Source: an uncultured Acidobacteriaceae bacterium
GTDB taxonomy: Bacteria > Acidobacteriota > Terriglobia > Terriglobales > Acidobacteriaceae
Reading direction: 5' to 3'
Assembly: GCA_963812865.1 (NCBI GenBank)
Contig: CAWEWV010000011.1
Span: 354,910 to 418,909, forward strand
Length of the DNA: 64,000 nt
A model generated the notes under the pieces. It was not told where the DNA came from. It did not search any database and saw nothing but the letters and a program-made list of their open reading frames with translations. Shown here piece by piece: positions 1 through 10,072 of the stretch. The first letter of the stretch is position 1. Each line of letters opens with the position of its first letter. A program made the position numbers and the translations under genes.

Positions 1-242
1 TTGCGGCGGGCGAGTTCCTCGCTGAGGGTGACGATGTCGACGACGTGATTGCGGTCGATCAACTCGCCCATCCGTGCGAACACGCGCTGATGAGCCGTGA
101 GAGCGAAATCCTCGGAGCGGAGCGTGGTGGCGGCTTCGCTGTACGCGTGATTGTCGAGGAGAACCGCGCCGAGAATCGTTCGTTCGGCGTCGAGGGACGC
201 GGGCAGGCCGCGCTCGAATTCGATGTCGGGGGTGGTGGCCAT
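1..242 (-). CDS. dnaB: replicative DNA helicase DnaB, N-terminal fragment (gene runs off the window start)
   Basis: Reverse-strand ATG at 242..240 translates to MATTPDIEFERGLPASLDAERTILGAVLLDNHAYSEAATTLRSEDFALTAHQRVFARMGELIDRNHVVDIVTLSEEL, which fits the DnaB N-terminal domain pattern. It is absent from the ORF track because no stop lies in the window. Confidence 0.75.
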   Translation of the reverse strand, partial: MATTPDIEFERGLPASLDAERTILGAVLLDNHAYSEAATTLRSEDFALTAHQRVFARMGELIDRNHVVDIVTLSEELARR

Positions 243-408
243 GACCTTCAACGAGTGTAGGACGGAATCAGGTCGATCACCCGGGTGTGAATATTTCTAA
301 CAACCGGTAGGGAGTGTTGAAAACATGGATGAAAATCCCCATCGATGGCCTTCGGAGCGGGCAAACGTCTATCATGAAGGGGAAGCCTCCCCGGAAGTGG
401 ATTGGTAT

Positions 409-1020
409 ATGCGTCATAAGGAATTTTGGTTTGCAGTTGTTGTGAGCATGCTGTGCGGAGCGGGGTTAGCATCCGCGCAGCAGGCGGAATCGGCCGCGCC
501 TGGCCAGACGCAGCCCCCTGAGATCAAGGAGTTTCAGGGGCTCGAGGACCAGTGGTCCAGCGCGCTGGTGAAGGACGATCAGTACACGATGGAGTTTCTG
601 CTCTCGCCGCTGTATGTGGACATTTCGTCGACCGGCGACGTGACCACGCGGAACCAGCAGATCGCAGGGCTGTTCGACAAGGGTGGCGCTCAACCCCTGA
701 GTCTGCAGCAGCGCGTCGTGACCGTTCGCACCTTTGGCGATACGGCAGTGGTGAGCGGGACGTATATCGAGAAGTGGCGGACCGGCAGCGGCGTCAAGGA
801 GGAGCGCGGGATCTTCACCCACGTGTACAACCGGTCGCGGATGCACTGGGCGTGCGTAAACGCGCAGCGGACCGCGGTGGTGGATCTGACCCCTGGCAAG
901 CAGAAGGCCTCGAAGAAGAGTGACGCTCCCGAACCGTTCCACATCCCGCTGCTCTACCAGGGAGCGCAGCCTTCGCAGTCGGCAGCCGGGCAGAACCCGA
1001 ACACGCCGCCTCCGAATTAA
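409..1020 (+). CDS. secreted NTF2-fold protein (DUF4440/SnoaL-like)
   Basis: Internal ATG at 409 of ORF 325..1020 gives the signal peptide MRHKEFWFAVVVSMLCGAGLASAQQ. The core (DQWSSALVKDD...TAVVSGTYIEKW...FTHVYNRSRMHWACVNAQ) resembles DUF4440/SnoaL-like domains. The tail is Pro/Gln-rich. Confidence 0.55.
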   Translation: MRHKEFWFAVVVSMLCGAGLASAQQAESAAPGQTQPPEIKEFQGLEDQWSSALVKDDQYTMEFLLSPLYVDISSTGDVTTRNQQIAGLFDKGGAQPLSLQQRVVTVRTFGDTAVVSGTYIEKWRTGSGVKEERGIFTHVYNRSRMHWACVNAQRTAVVDLTPGKQKASKKSDAPEPFHIPLLYQGAQPSQSAAGQNPNTPPPN

Positions 1021-1092
1021 ATCAATGATCCTTGGTCAGTGACCAGTGATCAGAGGGTCGAGACGGATAGCTTTCCCATCAGCTCGGAGAAG

Positions 1093-2292
1093 ATGACGAC
1101 CACGAGACCCACCTGGGCTGAGGTTTCCCGCAGCAGGCTCATTCACAATCACGATGTCCTGCGCCGTCTGGCGGGCTCGGCGACGGAGTTGCTGACCGTC
1201 GTCAAGGCCAATGCTTACGGACATGGGCTGGCGGAGTGCGCGCGGGTGCTCGAGGGCAATGGCGCGCACTGGTTCGGCGTGACTTGTGTCGACGAGGCGA
1301 TGGAGCTGCTGCGTGTTACCGCGCGGGCGCGCATCCTGATCATGTCGGGGATTTTTCCGGGCGAGGCAGAGGCTGCGATCGAACACAATCTGACGCCGGT
1401 GGTGTGGGAGCCTCAGCATCTGGATTGGCTGGAAGAGGCTGCGCGCCGCAAGGGCAAAGGGGCGGGACAGATTCCTGTGCATGTGGAGATCGACACCGGG
1501 ATGTCTCGGCAGGGTGTGGACCGCAGCAGGCTGGAAGCGCTGTTGGAACGGATGACGCCGGAGTCGCCGCTGCGGCTGGAAGCCCTGATGACGCACTTTC
1601 ATTCGCCCGACGATGGGCGCAATACGCACGACCAGCTGAATGAGTTTTTCGCAGCGATCGCCGTTCTTCTTGCCCGGCGCGGCCTGCGGTGCGACTTTGT
1701 GAGCGCGGGAAGCTCCGCGAACCTCCTGTTGATCGATGAGACATCCGCTCTCCATCCCCTCGCGATGCAGATGGGAGGGCGGCGCATGGAGCGCGCCGGC
1801 ATTGCCCTCTACGGCTACTCGCCGCTTCCGGCTAACCCAAACGCGGCGTGGGGAACGATGGGCGAACCCACTCCGGTTAAGGATCCTGATCTCAGGCCGG
1901 TGCTGAGCTGGAAGACGCGTGTGACGGCGCTCCGCGATATCGGGCAGGGAACAAGAGCGGGGTACAGTGCGAAGTTTAGCGCTCGCCGGCCGACCCGGCT
2001 GGCGCTGCTGCCGGTTGGATACGCCGATGGACTGAACTGGCTCCTGTGGGATCGAGCTTCGGTGCTGGTGCGCGGGCAGAGAGCGCCGCTGGCCGGCCGG
2101 ATCTCGATGGACCAGACCCTGGTGGATGTGACCGATGTTCCCGGAGTCACCCTGGGCGACGAGGTCGTGCTGATCGGGGAGCAGGGCACGGAAAAGATAA
2201 CCGCCGATGAGATGGCTGGTTTGAGGAAGACCATTGCGTATGAGGTGCTGTGCAACATTGCGGCGCGGGTGCCCAGGGTAATGGTGGACTGA
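1093..2292 (+). CDS. alr: alanine racemase
   Basis: RPTWAEVSRSRLIHNHDVL and the PLP-lysine motif VVKANAYGHG. ATG at 1093 is preceded by GGAGA. The ORF track starts it upstream at 1039. Confidence 0.9.
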   Translation: MTTTRPTWAEVSRSRLIHNHDVLRRLAGSATELLTVVKANAYGHGLAECARVLEGNGAHWFGVTCVDEAMELLRVTARARILIMSGIFPGEAEAAIEHNLTPVVWEPQHLDWLEEAARRKGKGAGQIPVHVEIDTGMSRQGVDRSRLEALLERMTPESPLRLEALMTHFHSPDDGRNTHDQLNEFFAAIAVLLARRGLRCDFVSAGSSANLLLIDETSALHPLAMQMGGRRMERAGIALYGYSPLPANPNAAWGTMGEPTPVKDPDLRPVLSWKTRVTALRDIGQGTRAGYSAKFSARRPTRLALLPVGYADGLNWLLWDRASVLVRGQRAPLAGRISMDQTLVDVTDVPGVTLGDEVVLIGEQGTEKITADEMAGLRKTIAYEVLCNIAARVPRVMVD

Positions 2293-3543
2293 ATGTTTGG
2301 GAAGCTCTACAGCCGATGGATGTACGCGTGGGAGACCGCGCTGACGACGCGGGACGAGAATCGCGTGGTGCGGCCGCTGGAGTGGGGGTTCGAATGGCTG
2401 CATGACTTTGTGAATCGTGCGGGACTGTGGGGATCCGTGGGGCGCGCGGAACGCGATCCGGAAGCCGAGGCGGCGATGCTGGAACTGAATGAAGCAATCG
2501 TCGCCGGCAGTGAAGAATTTTTCGACTACGAGCGGCCGGGAGATTTTCGCCTGGAAGAGCGGGCTCCGCAGCTATTCCCGACGAATGTGCGGCCGGAAAC
2601 GCTGCGGCGCGATGCGCATTTGAAGCGCATGATGGCGGAAGGAAAGCTGAAGAAGGCGCCGTTCCTGCGCTTCACTTCGCCGGTGCGGACGCCCTATCCG
2701 GAAAACGACCTGGTCAATGCGCGGTGGTATCCGGCGACCGAGGAGCAAAGGAAGGGGAAGCCGCGCCGAGCCATGATCGTGATGCCGCAATGGAATGCAG
2801 ACGCATTCAGCCACAATGTGCTTTGCTCGCTGTTTAATCGGTTCGGAATTTCGGCGCTGCGGTTGAGCAAACCCTTTCACGATATCCGCAGGCCGGCTGA
2901 GATCGAGCGATCCGACTACGCGGTGAGCGCCAATATCGGCAGAACGATTGCGGCGGCGCGGCAGGCGGTGGTCGATGTGCGCTGCTGCCTCGACTGGCTG
3001 GAATCGCAGGGCTACGAGGAGTTCGGGATCCTGGCAACGAGTCTGGGGTCGTGCTATGCCTTTATCGCCAGCGCACACGACGCGCGGCTGCGTGTGAACG
3101 CTTTCAACCACGCATCGATGGCGTTTGGCGATGTCGTGTGGACAGGCCAGAGCACCCGGCACATCCGCAAGGGCTTCGAAGACGCCGGATTAACGCAGGA
3201 GCGGCTCTATCGGCTGTGGGGCGGAATCAGTCCGTTCTCCTATATGGAGCGATTCAGTGCGCTGGACAAGAGGGTGCTGACGATTTACGCGCGGTACGAT
3301 CTGACGTTCCTGCCGCAGTATTCCGAGCAGGTGGTGGAGAATTTCGCGCGGCATGGCGTGGATTTCGTTGCGAAAGTATTGCCGTGCGGGCACTATACGA
3401 CCGGAGAATTTCCGTACAAATTCATAGACGGCTGGTATCTGGGATCGTTCGTGTACTCGGCCTTTCGCGATCTGCCGCCGCATCCGCCAAAAAGAGCCGC
3501 GAGCGAGGCTGAATCCGAAAAGGCGGAGGCGGTGGAGCGGTGA
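2293..3543 (+). CDS. alpha/beta-fold hydrolase
   Basis: 416-aa ORF starting immediately after the alr stop. It has a nucleophile-elbow-like ILATSLGSCYAF and a C-terminal His region (LPCGHY). Confidence 0.65.
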   Translation: MFGKLYSRWMYAWETALTTRDENRVVRPLEWGFEWLHDFVNRAGLWGSVGRAERDPEAEAAMLELNEAIVAGSEEFFDYERPGDFRLEERAPQLFPTNVRPETLRRDAHLKRMMAEGKLKKAPFLRFTSPVRTPYPENDLVNARWYPATEEQRKGKPRRAMIVMPQWNADAFSHNVLCSLFNRFGISALRLSKPFHDIRRPAEIERSDYAVSANIGRTIAAARQAVVDVRCCLDWLESQGYEEFGILATSLGSCYAFIASAHDARLRVNAFNHASMAFGDVVWTGQSTRHIRKGFEDAGLTQERLYRLWGGISPFSYMERFSALDKRVLTIYARYDLTFLPQYSEQVVENFARHGVDFVAKVLPCGHYTTGEFPYKFIDGWYLGSFVYSAFRDLPPHPPKRAASEAESEKAEAVER

Positions 3544-3544
3544 C

Positions 3545-3922
3545 TCAGGCCTCGAGATGAACCGTTGCGACTGCGAGCGACGCCGTGTGCGTGAGCGAAA
3601 GTGAGACACGGGTCACGCCGAGTTGTCCGGCAATGGCACGCGCACGGCCGCTGAGAAACAGAGTGGGCCGGCTGCCCGGAGCGCGCCGCACCTCAAGTTC
3701 TTTCCACGAAACGCCATGCTGGATGCCGGTGCCCAGGGCTTTGGCCCCCGCTTCCTTCGCGGCGAAGCGAGCCGCAAAACTCTCCGCTGCGCTGGCTCTG
3801 GCGCGGCAATACGCTATTTCATCGTCAGTGAATATGCGCTGGAGGAAGCGCTCGCCGTAACGTTCGATGGAGCGCGCGATGCGCGGGACTTCGATCAGAT
3901 CGATTCCCGTACCGGCCAGCAT
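3545..3922 (-). CDS. acpS: holo-[acyl-carrier-protein] synthase
   Basis: MLAGTGIDLIEVPRIARSIERYGERFLQRIFTDDEIAYC...FAAKEAGAKALGTG is the classic AcpS pattern. The real start is the internal ATG at 3922 of the run-on ORF 3545..4465. Confidence 0.9.
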   Translation of the reverse strand: MLAGTGIDLIEVPRIARSIERYGERFLQRIFTDDEIAYCRARASAAESFAARFAAKEAGAKALGTGIQHGVSWKELEVRRAPGSRPTLFLSGRARAIAGQLGVTRVSLSLTHTASLAVATVHLEA

Positions 3923-3965
3923 GACGCAACAGTAGCACACTAGGAAAACCTTTAGCCTCCGCCCA

Positions 3966-4418
3966 GTGCAAATCGCATTCAAGACTTTCCGCCGGGAGTC
4001 CGATGCAGACAGTGTGCCCAATATCGCTGAACAGGAAAGAACGCAACCGGGTTGGGAGCTGAACCTCACAGCCGTGTGCGCCGAGGACTCGGCGCGAACG
4101 GTGCGCTTTCTTACCGGAGCGGTGATGGCGTGCGGTGGGTTGGTGCTGTCAAGGCGTTTCGATGCAGGTGAGGCCGCTGCGATCGAGTTTGAGTTTGTGC
4201 GGGCGACTTGTGTCGAAATGTACAGTGTGCTGATAGCGGCAGGGTTGGAGTTGACGGCGCAATCGCATCTGATTATGTCCACCCTCTGCCAGTGCACGCG
4301 GGAAACGCTGGAGCTGACGGCCGGCGATCCGGTACGTGTGGAACTGATCATTCGCAGGGCGGGAGTCCTGCCGCGTTTTGAGCCCGGAGGGTCAGCAGTT
4401 CCGCCGCGGATGGCGTAG
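3966..4418 (+). CDS. hypothetical protein
   Basis: 150-aa ORF with a GTG start, divergent from acpS. I recognise no family. The composition is plausible for coding sequence but support is weak. Confidence 0.35.
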   Translation: MQIAFKTFRRESDADSVPNIAEQERTQPGWELNLTAVCAEDSARTVRFLTGAVMACGGLVLSRRFDAGEAAAIEFEFVRATCVEMYSVLIAAGLELTAQSHLIMSTLCQCTRETLELTAGDPVRVELIIRRAGVLPRFEPGGSAVPPRMA

Positions 4419-4488
4419 CGGGCGCTGCGCGCAGTTGACGGAGCAATTATTCCTGAAAGCCGCATTTCCCGGTCATACTATTTCCCTG

Positions 4489-5616
4489 ATGGAACGATGG
4501 GACGCCATCATCGTCGGGGCGGGGCCGGCTGGATGCGCGGCTGCCTTCGATCTGGCGACCGCGGGGCGGTCGGTGCTGTTGCTGGATCGGGCCGACTTTC
4601 CACGCCACAAGGCGTGTGCGGGAGGGCTCACCCGGAAATCCCTGCGCGCCCTGCGGTATTCGGTCGCGCCGGTGGTGCGCGAGACGGTCTCGGCGATTGT
4701 GGTGGAGCGTCGCAGCGGGATGGCGGCAAGGCTGGCCAGCCGCAACGCGGTGTGTGCCATGACGGTCCGGCAGGAGCTGGATCACTTTTGCTGGAAGCAG
4801 ACGCTGGGAGCGGGCGCACGGTTTGCGCGCATCGGAGCAATCACGGGGCTCGACGTGAGCAGCGATAGCGTCACGGTCCGAACCGCAGAGCAGGATTATC
4901 GTGGACGGTTTCTGATCGGAGCCGACGGAGTTCACAGCCGGGTCCGCCAGCTGATGTACGGCGATCATCCCCAATGGTTACGGCGTGGATTTGCCCTCGA
5001 AGCGAAGGTGTATCCCGAAAACAGGCACGGCTCAGATCTGGTCTTCGATTTTGCTCCGGTAGGGCAGGGCTATGGGTGGGTGTTTCCCAAGGGCGATCAC
5101 CTGAATGTGGGGCTGGGGGTTTACAACGATTCATCGCAGGAAAACCTGAATCGGCCGCGGCTGGAGTCGTACATTCGGGAGCGCTTCGGAGAGGCGCGCG
5201 CGGAGCACGTGACTGGACAATTCCTGGGCTTCGGCGCCGAGGTGGCGCCGCGCGCCGAAGCGCGGGTTTTTCTGGCTGGGGATGCTGGTGGGTTTGCTGA
5301 TGCATTGACCGGCGAAGGAATTTACGGCGCGATCGCGAGCGGCCAGGCCGCAGCGGCTGCAGTGGATGGCGATCTGCGCGGTAAGGTTGAGGCGCAAACC
5401 GCCTTCAATGAGTTGACGGCGCAACTGCGCCAGGATCTGCTGCTGTCCACCGCGGGAGCGCGGTGGTTCTACCGCAATCTCGATCTCGGATATCGGGCAC
5501 TGACCGCGCCGGTATTTCGCGGAGCGGTGATTAACGCGTATGCAAACGGAACGAAGATTGCGGCACTGGCAAATGCGGTGCGGCGCTTCGCAAGGGCGTT
5601 TGCGACAACGGCGTAA
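4489..5616 (+). CDS. FAD-dependent oxidoreductase, geranylgeranyl reductase family
   Basis: N-terminal Rossmann motif WDAIIVGAGPAGCAAAFDLATAGRSVLLLDR and the later GDAGGFADALTGEGI motif. ATG at 4489 lies within ORF 4378..5616. Confidence 0.8.
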   Translation: MERWDAIIVGAGPAGCAAAFDLATAGRSVLLLDRADFPRHKACAGGLTRKSLRALRYSVAPVVRETVSAIVVERRSGMAARLASRNAVCAMTVRQELDHFCWKQTLGAGARFARIGAITGLDVSSDSVTVRTAEQDYRGRFLIGADGVHSRVRQLMYGDHPQWLRRGFALEAKVYPENRHGSDLVFDFAPVGQGYGWVFPKGDHLNVGLGVYNDSSQENLNRPRLESYIRERFGEARAEHVTGQFLGFGAEVAPRAEARVFLAGDAGGFADALTGEGIYGAIASGQAAAAAVDGDLRGKVEAQTAFNELTAQLRQDLLLSTAGARWFYRNLDLGYRALTAPVFRGAVINAYANGTKIAALANAVRRFARAFATTA

Positions 5617-5838
5617 ATCGAAAGAAGTAATTTTTCCTGCTCACGCACGGTGAGAAATCCTGCCTGCGTTTGCTGCTAAGATTGATTTCCAGGCGGTCGA
5701 GGCCCTCATCCGATCTGCGCGAGGAATGCCGCCGAAGGGCGCACAAACAGGCGGCGTCCCCAGGCCAAGTTTTCTCCGACCCTACTGAAACCGACCCCGC
5801 GGCAACAGCATCATTACCTTACGTCTGGCCTCAGCAAT

Positions 5839-6897
5839 ATGCGATCCACGAACCGTGAGCACGGCGCGCGAGCGATTCGCCTGAGTTCCTGGCTGGCCTT
5901 GTGCCTTTTGGTATTTTGCCGTCCCATCGCATGGGCGGATGGCCCGCTCGGCACACCCAGCATCTTCTCGCCCGCGTCGACGCCGGCCAAAACCATTTTG
6001 GATTTGTCGTGGTTCGTGCTGACGATCACGGGCGGAATATTTGTGACCGTCGGCGGCCTGCTGTTGTGGGCGATCATTCGATATCGCGCGCGCAGCACGG
6101 ACGATGACACCGAGCCTCCGCAGATTTACGGAAGCACCCAGGTGGAGCTGGCATGGACGGTGATTCCTGTCCTGATCGTAGTGGTGCTCTTTCTGACCAC
6201 GGCGCGGATTATTTTCGCGATCCAGGATGCGCCGGAGCCAAAGGCGGCGCTGGATGTGACCGTGGTGGGCCACCAGTTCTGGTGGGAATTCCGCTACCCG
6301 AAGCTGGGCATCGTGACCGCGAACGAGCTGCATGTTCCGCTCAGCAGCAAGCAGGATCCGAAGCCGACCTTTCTGCATTTGCTGTCGGCCGATACAGACC
6401 ACAGTTTTTGGGTGCCCCAGTTGGCGGGAAAGACGGATCTGATTCCGAATCATCCGAACGATATGTGGATCGACCCGCTACAGCCGGGTTTGTATGTGGG
6501 GCAGTGCGCGCAGTTCTGCGGCGTCGAACACGCCAAGATGCTGCTCCGGGTTTATGTGGATACGCCGGAGCAATTCGATGCGTGGGTGAAGCAGCAACAG
6601 CAGCCGGGCGTGCAGGATGCAAGCGCGGCAGCCGGACGGCGGATTTTCGAAACCCAGGCCTGCACGAATTGTCATCGCGTTGCGGGGACCGCGGCGGCGG
6701 GAACATTCGGCCCGGATCTGACACATCTGGCAAGCCGCGCGACGATCGCCTCCGGCGCCGCGCTGAATACGCCGGAGAATTTGCATGCGTGGATTCAGGA
6801 TCCCAACAACTTTAAGCCGGGATCCCTGATGCCCGCGATGCAGCTCAACGGAGAGCAGATCGACGAACTAGTGGCGTACCTGAACACTCTTCATTAG
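5839..6897 (+). CDS. ctaC: cytochrome c oxidase subunit II with C-terminal cytochrome c domain (caa3-type)
   Basis: CuA motif HSFWVPQLAGKTD...GQCAQFCGVEHAKM plus a C-terminal haem c site CTNCH and MPAM. Confidence 0.9.
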   Translation: MRSTNREHGARAIRLSSWLALCLLVFCRPIAWADGPLGTPSIFSPASTPAKTILDLSWFVLTITGGIFVTVGGLLLWAIIRYRARSTDDDTEPPQIYGSTQVELAWTVIPVLIVVVLFLTTARIIFAIQDAPEPKAALDVTVVGHQFWWEFRYPKLGIVTANELHVPLSSKQDPKPTFLHLLSADTDHSFWVPQLAGKTDLIPNHPNDMWIDPLQPGLYVGQCAQFCGVEHAKMLLRVYVDTPEQFDAWVKQQQQPGVQDASAAAGRRIFETQACTNCHRVAGTAAAGTFGPDLTHLASRATIASGAALNTPENLHAWIQDPNNFKPGSLMPAMQLNGEQIDELVAYLNTLH

Positions 6898-6906
6898 GAC
6901 GGCGAG

Positions 6907-8601
6907 ATGGCGGACCAGACTTTACCGATTGCGGGAACCCTTGACGTAACGCCACCGCGGCGGTCGACAGCGATGCTGCTGGAATGGCTGCACGGGTGGG
7001 TGGTGACGGTCGACCACAAGCGGCTGGGGATCCTGTACATGGTCTACGGGATTTTCTTTTTGCTGGTGGGCGGTGCGGAGGCCATTGCGATTCGGATCCA
7101 GCTGGCGTGGCCGGGCATGCATTTTTTATCACCCGAACTGTACAACGAGATGTTCACCATGCATGGCACCACGATGGTGTTTCTGGTGGGCATGACGATT
7201 TTGTTCGGCTTCGCGAATTATCTGGTGCCGCTGATGATCGGGGCGCGCGATATGGCGTTTCCGCGGCTGAATGCTTTCAGCTTCTGGATGACGGCTTTCG
7301 GCGGCCTGCTGCTGTACTACAGCTTTATTGGCGGCTTCGGGCTCTACGGCATGGGCGCCGCGCCCGATGTGGGCTGGTGGGCGTATGCGCCACTGACGGC
7401 GAGGGCATTTTCTCCCGGGCACGCGACCGACTACTGGGCGCTGGCGCTGATCGTGGCGGGATTCGGAACTCTGGGAACGGCGATCAACATCATCGCAACG
7501 GCAGCTTCCATGCGGTGCCGTGGCATGAGCCTGCTGCGCATGCCTCTTTTCGTCTGGCTGATGGTAGTCACCAGCGGACTCACGCTGATCACGATTACGC
7601 CGCTCACAGCAGCGCAGGTCATGCTGCTGATCGATCGGTATCTGGGTGGGCATTTTTTCGATACGCAGGCGGGTGGATCGGCTGTGGTGTGGATGCACTT
7701 CTTCTGGATCTTCGGACACCCCGAAGTCTATGTCCTGGTGCTGCCGGCGTTTGGGGTCGCGAGCGAAGTGATTCCGGTGTTCTCGCGGAAGGCCATCTTC
7801 GGCTACCCGGCGATGGTGGCGGCGTCGGTGGGGATTGCCTTCGTGAGCCTTGGCGTTTGGGCGCACCACATGTTCACGGTGGGGATGACCTCGGTGGGCA
7901 ATACCTTCTTCGTCCTGTCGACGGGGCTGGTCGGGGTTCCGACCGGGATCAAGATCTTTAACTGGCTGGCCACGCTGTGGGGTGGGAAGATCCGCTTTCG
8001 CGTGCCGATGTTGTTCTGCCTGGCATTTGTGATTCAGTTTCTCTGTGCGGGGCTCACCGGGATCATGCTGTCAGTTGCACCGTGGAACTGGCAACTGCAC
8101 AATTCGTATTTTGTGATCGCACATTTTCACTATGTCCTGGTGGGCGCGATCGTCTTCAATATTTTTGCGGCGATTTACTACTGGTATCCAAAGATGACGG
8201 GCCGCCTGCTCGATGAGACTCTCGGTAAGTGGCACTTCTGGCTCTTCTTCATCGGCTTCCATCTCACCTTCGACACGATGCACTTTGTCGGGTTCCTCGG
8301 AATGCCGCGGTCAATCTACACCTACGAGCCCGATCGGGGATGGAACACTCTGAATTTATGGATTTCGATCGGCGGCCTGATCCAGGGGATTGCGGTTCTC
8401 CTCTTCGCATGGAACCTGGTGCATTCGTATTTCAAGGGCAAAGAGGCGGGAAACGACCCATGGGATGCCTGGACGCTGGAGTGGGCGGTGCCGTCACCGC
8501 CGCCTCCCTATAACTTCGCGGCCGATCCGGTGGTGCACAGCCGGCGGCCGCTGTGGGATCTGAAACATCCGGAAGATCCGGACTGGAAGTACGAACCATG
8601 A
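6907..8601 (+). CDS. ctaD: cytochrome c oxidase subunit I
   Basis: 564 aa with canonical haem-copper oxidase motifs (WFFGHPEVY-like WIFGHPEVYVLVLPAFG, VWAHHMFTVG, HFHYVLV). Confidence 0.95.
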   Translation: MADQTLPIAGTLDVTPPRRSTAMLLEWLHGWVVTVDHKRLGILYMVYGIFFLLVGGAEAIAIRIQLAWPGMHFLSPELYNEMFTMHGTTMVFLVGMTILFGFANYLVPLMIGARDMAFPRLNAFSFWMTAFGGLLLYYSFIGGFGLYGMGAAPDVGWWAYAPLTARAFSPGHATDYWALALIVAGFGTLGTAINIIATAASMRCRGMSLLRMPLFVWLMVVTSGLTLITITPLTAAQVMLLIDRYLGGHFFDTQAGGSAVVWMHFFWIFGHPEVYVLVLPAFGVASEVIPVFSRKAIFGYPAMVAASVGIAFVSLGVWAHHMFTVGMTSVGNTFFVLSTGLVGVPTGIKIFNWLATLWGGKIRFRVPMLFCLAFVIQFLCAGLTGIMLSVAPWNWQLHNSYFVIAHFHYVLVGAIVFNIFAAIYYWYPKMTGRLLDETLGKWHFWLFFIGFHLTFDTMHFVGFLGMPRSIYTYEPDRGWNTLNLWISIGGLIQGIAVLLFAWNLVHSYFKGKEAGNDPWDAWTLEWAVPSPPPPYNFAADPVVHSRRPLWDLKHPEDPDWKYEP

Positions 8602-9188
8602 GCGCGATTCCTGTCACTCCGGTTGCGGGACCGTGGAGCCTGCCCTCGCGCGGGCGCGTCGCCATGCTGTCGCTCATTACGGGCGAGAGCGCGATCTTCA
8701 CGATTTTTGTGGTCGCGTACGTCTTCTACATCGGCAAGAGTCTCACCCCGCCGTATCCCCAGCAGGTGCTCGATATTCCCATCTTCAACACCGTTTGCCT
8801 GCTGTCGAGCAGCGTGACGATCTGGCTCGCCGAGCGCCAGATCGACCGCGGAAAGATACGCTTGTTCGCGGCGTGGTGGGCGCTGACCATTGCTCTGGGA
8901 ATGATTTTCATGATCGGCACAGCGATTGAGTGGCACAAGCTGATCTACATCGATGGCCTCACCATCCGCACCAACCTGTTTGGCACCACGTTCTACTCGC
9001 TGGTGGGACTGCACGCGACGCACGTAGTCGTGGGCCTCATCGGCCTCTCGCTGATCCTGCTGTTCACCCTGACCGGGCACGTGACGGAAGAGCATTCCGA
9101 GCGCATTCAGGTCTTCGCGCTCTACTGGCACTTTGTCGATGCGGTTTGGGTGGTGGTTTTTACCGTGGTCTACATCGTGGGCAGATAG
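8598..9188 (+). CDS. ctaE: cytochrome c oxidase subunit III
   Basis: ATG at 8598 overlaps the ctaD stop (ATGA). The product is polytopic, with TFYSLVGLHATHVVVGL and ALYWHFVDAVWVVVF motifs. Confidence 0.85.
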   Translation: MSAIPVTPVAGPWSLPSRGRVAMLSLITGESAIFTIFVVAYVFYIGKSLTPPYPQQVLDIPIFNTVCLLSSSVTIWLAERQIDRGKIRLFAAWWALTIALGMIFMIGTAIEWHKLIYIDGLTIRTNLFGTTFYSLVGLHATHVVVGLIGLSLILLFTLTGHVTEEHSERIQVFALYWHFVDAVWVVVFTVVYIVGR

Positions 9189-9190
9189 TC

Positions 9191-10072
9191 ATGGCAGAGA
9201 AGGTGCAGCACAAAGCGGGACCAGCGCACGGCGACACGATCCACCTGCCGGCGCCGACAGCGTGGCCCATTGTGCTGGCACTGGGGTGCATGCTGGCGGC
9301 GGCCGGGCTGGTGACGAGCTTGTGGGTAACGGTGTTCGGCGCCGTGCTGATGTTGGCGGGATGCGTCGGGTGGTTCCGGCAGGTGTTGCCGCACGAGGCC
9401 CATGAGGATGTGCGGGTGGTAGTGCAGCCGGTGACCATCACGACGACGCGCCGAGTCGTGCGGCGGCTGGAAATCGGGCCGGACAACCGCGCACATCTCC
9501 CGGTGGAAACGTATCCGGTCACGAGCGGAATCAAGGGCGGAATCGCGGGCGGGGTCGCGATGATCGTTCCCGCGCTGGCTTACGGGCTGATCGCGCAGCA
9601 CAGTATCTGGTATCCGGTGAACCTGCTGGGCGGTGCCGGCGTCGGTCCATCGACGCATATCACCACCGCGCAGATTGCAGCCTTCCACTGGAGCTGGCTG
9701 CTGGTCGCAATTGTGATCCATGTAGTTACCTGTTTGCTGGTGGGGTTGCTGTACGGCGCGATGCTCCCCATGCTGCCAACCCGCCCGGTGCTGCTGGGCG
9801 GGATTCTTGCGCCACTGTTGTGGACCGGCCTTCTGCATTCCGCCATGGGTGTCATCAACCCGGCGCTCGATGCGCGCATCCAGTGGGGATGGTTTGTGGT
9901 TTCGCAGGTGACGTTTGGCGTGGTGGCAGGACTGGTAGTGGCGCGCGAAGGCAAAATTCGCACCAGTCGCGGGCTGCCGTTCTTCGCGCGCATGGGGTTT
10001 GAGGCGCCTGGCCTCATGGAGTCCAACCCCAACGCGGGCCCACCCGAGTATCGCGACGAGGAGAAGCACTGA
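9191..10072 (+). CDS. polytopic membrane protein of unknown function embedded in the oxidase/bc operon
   Basis: ATG at 9191 lies 2 nt after the ctaE stop. The 293-aa product has several predicted TM helices (e.g. WPIVLALGCMLAAAGLV, GGVAMIVPALAYGLI, WLLVAIVIHVVTCLLVGLLYG). I cannot name a family. Confidence 0.6.
   Translation: MAEKVQHKAGPAHGDTIHLPAPTAWPIVLALGCMLAAAGLVTSLWVTVFGAVLMLAGCVGWFRQVLPHEAHEDVRVVVQPVTITTTRRVVRRLEIGPDNRAHLPVETYPVTSGIKGGIAGGVAMIVPALAYGLIAQHSIWYPVNLLGGAGVGPSTHITTAQIAAFHWSWLLVAIVIHVVTCLLVGLLYGAMLPMLPTRPVLLGGILAPLLWTGLLHSAMGVINPALDARIQWGWFVVSQVTFGVVAGLVVAREGKIRTSRGLPFFARMGFEAPGLMESNPNAGPPEYRDEEKH

Noticed and set aside
1036-2403. 455-aa minus-strand ORF covering alr
   Set aside because: This is an antisense shadow of alr. 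It has an Arg/Pro/His-rich composition with no recognisable motifs, whereas the plus frame carries clear alanine racemase signatures.
3923-4465. N-terminal 180 or so codons of the 306-aa ORF containing acpS
   Set aside because: The AcpS homology begins at the internal Met (3922). The upstream extension is Arg/Ser/Ala-rich and overlaps the plus-strand ORF 3966..4418.
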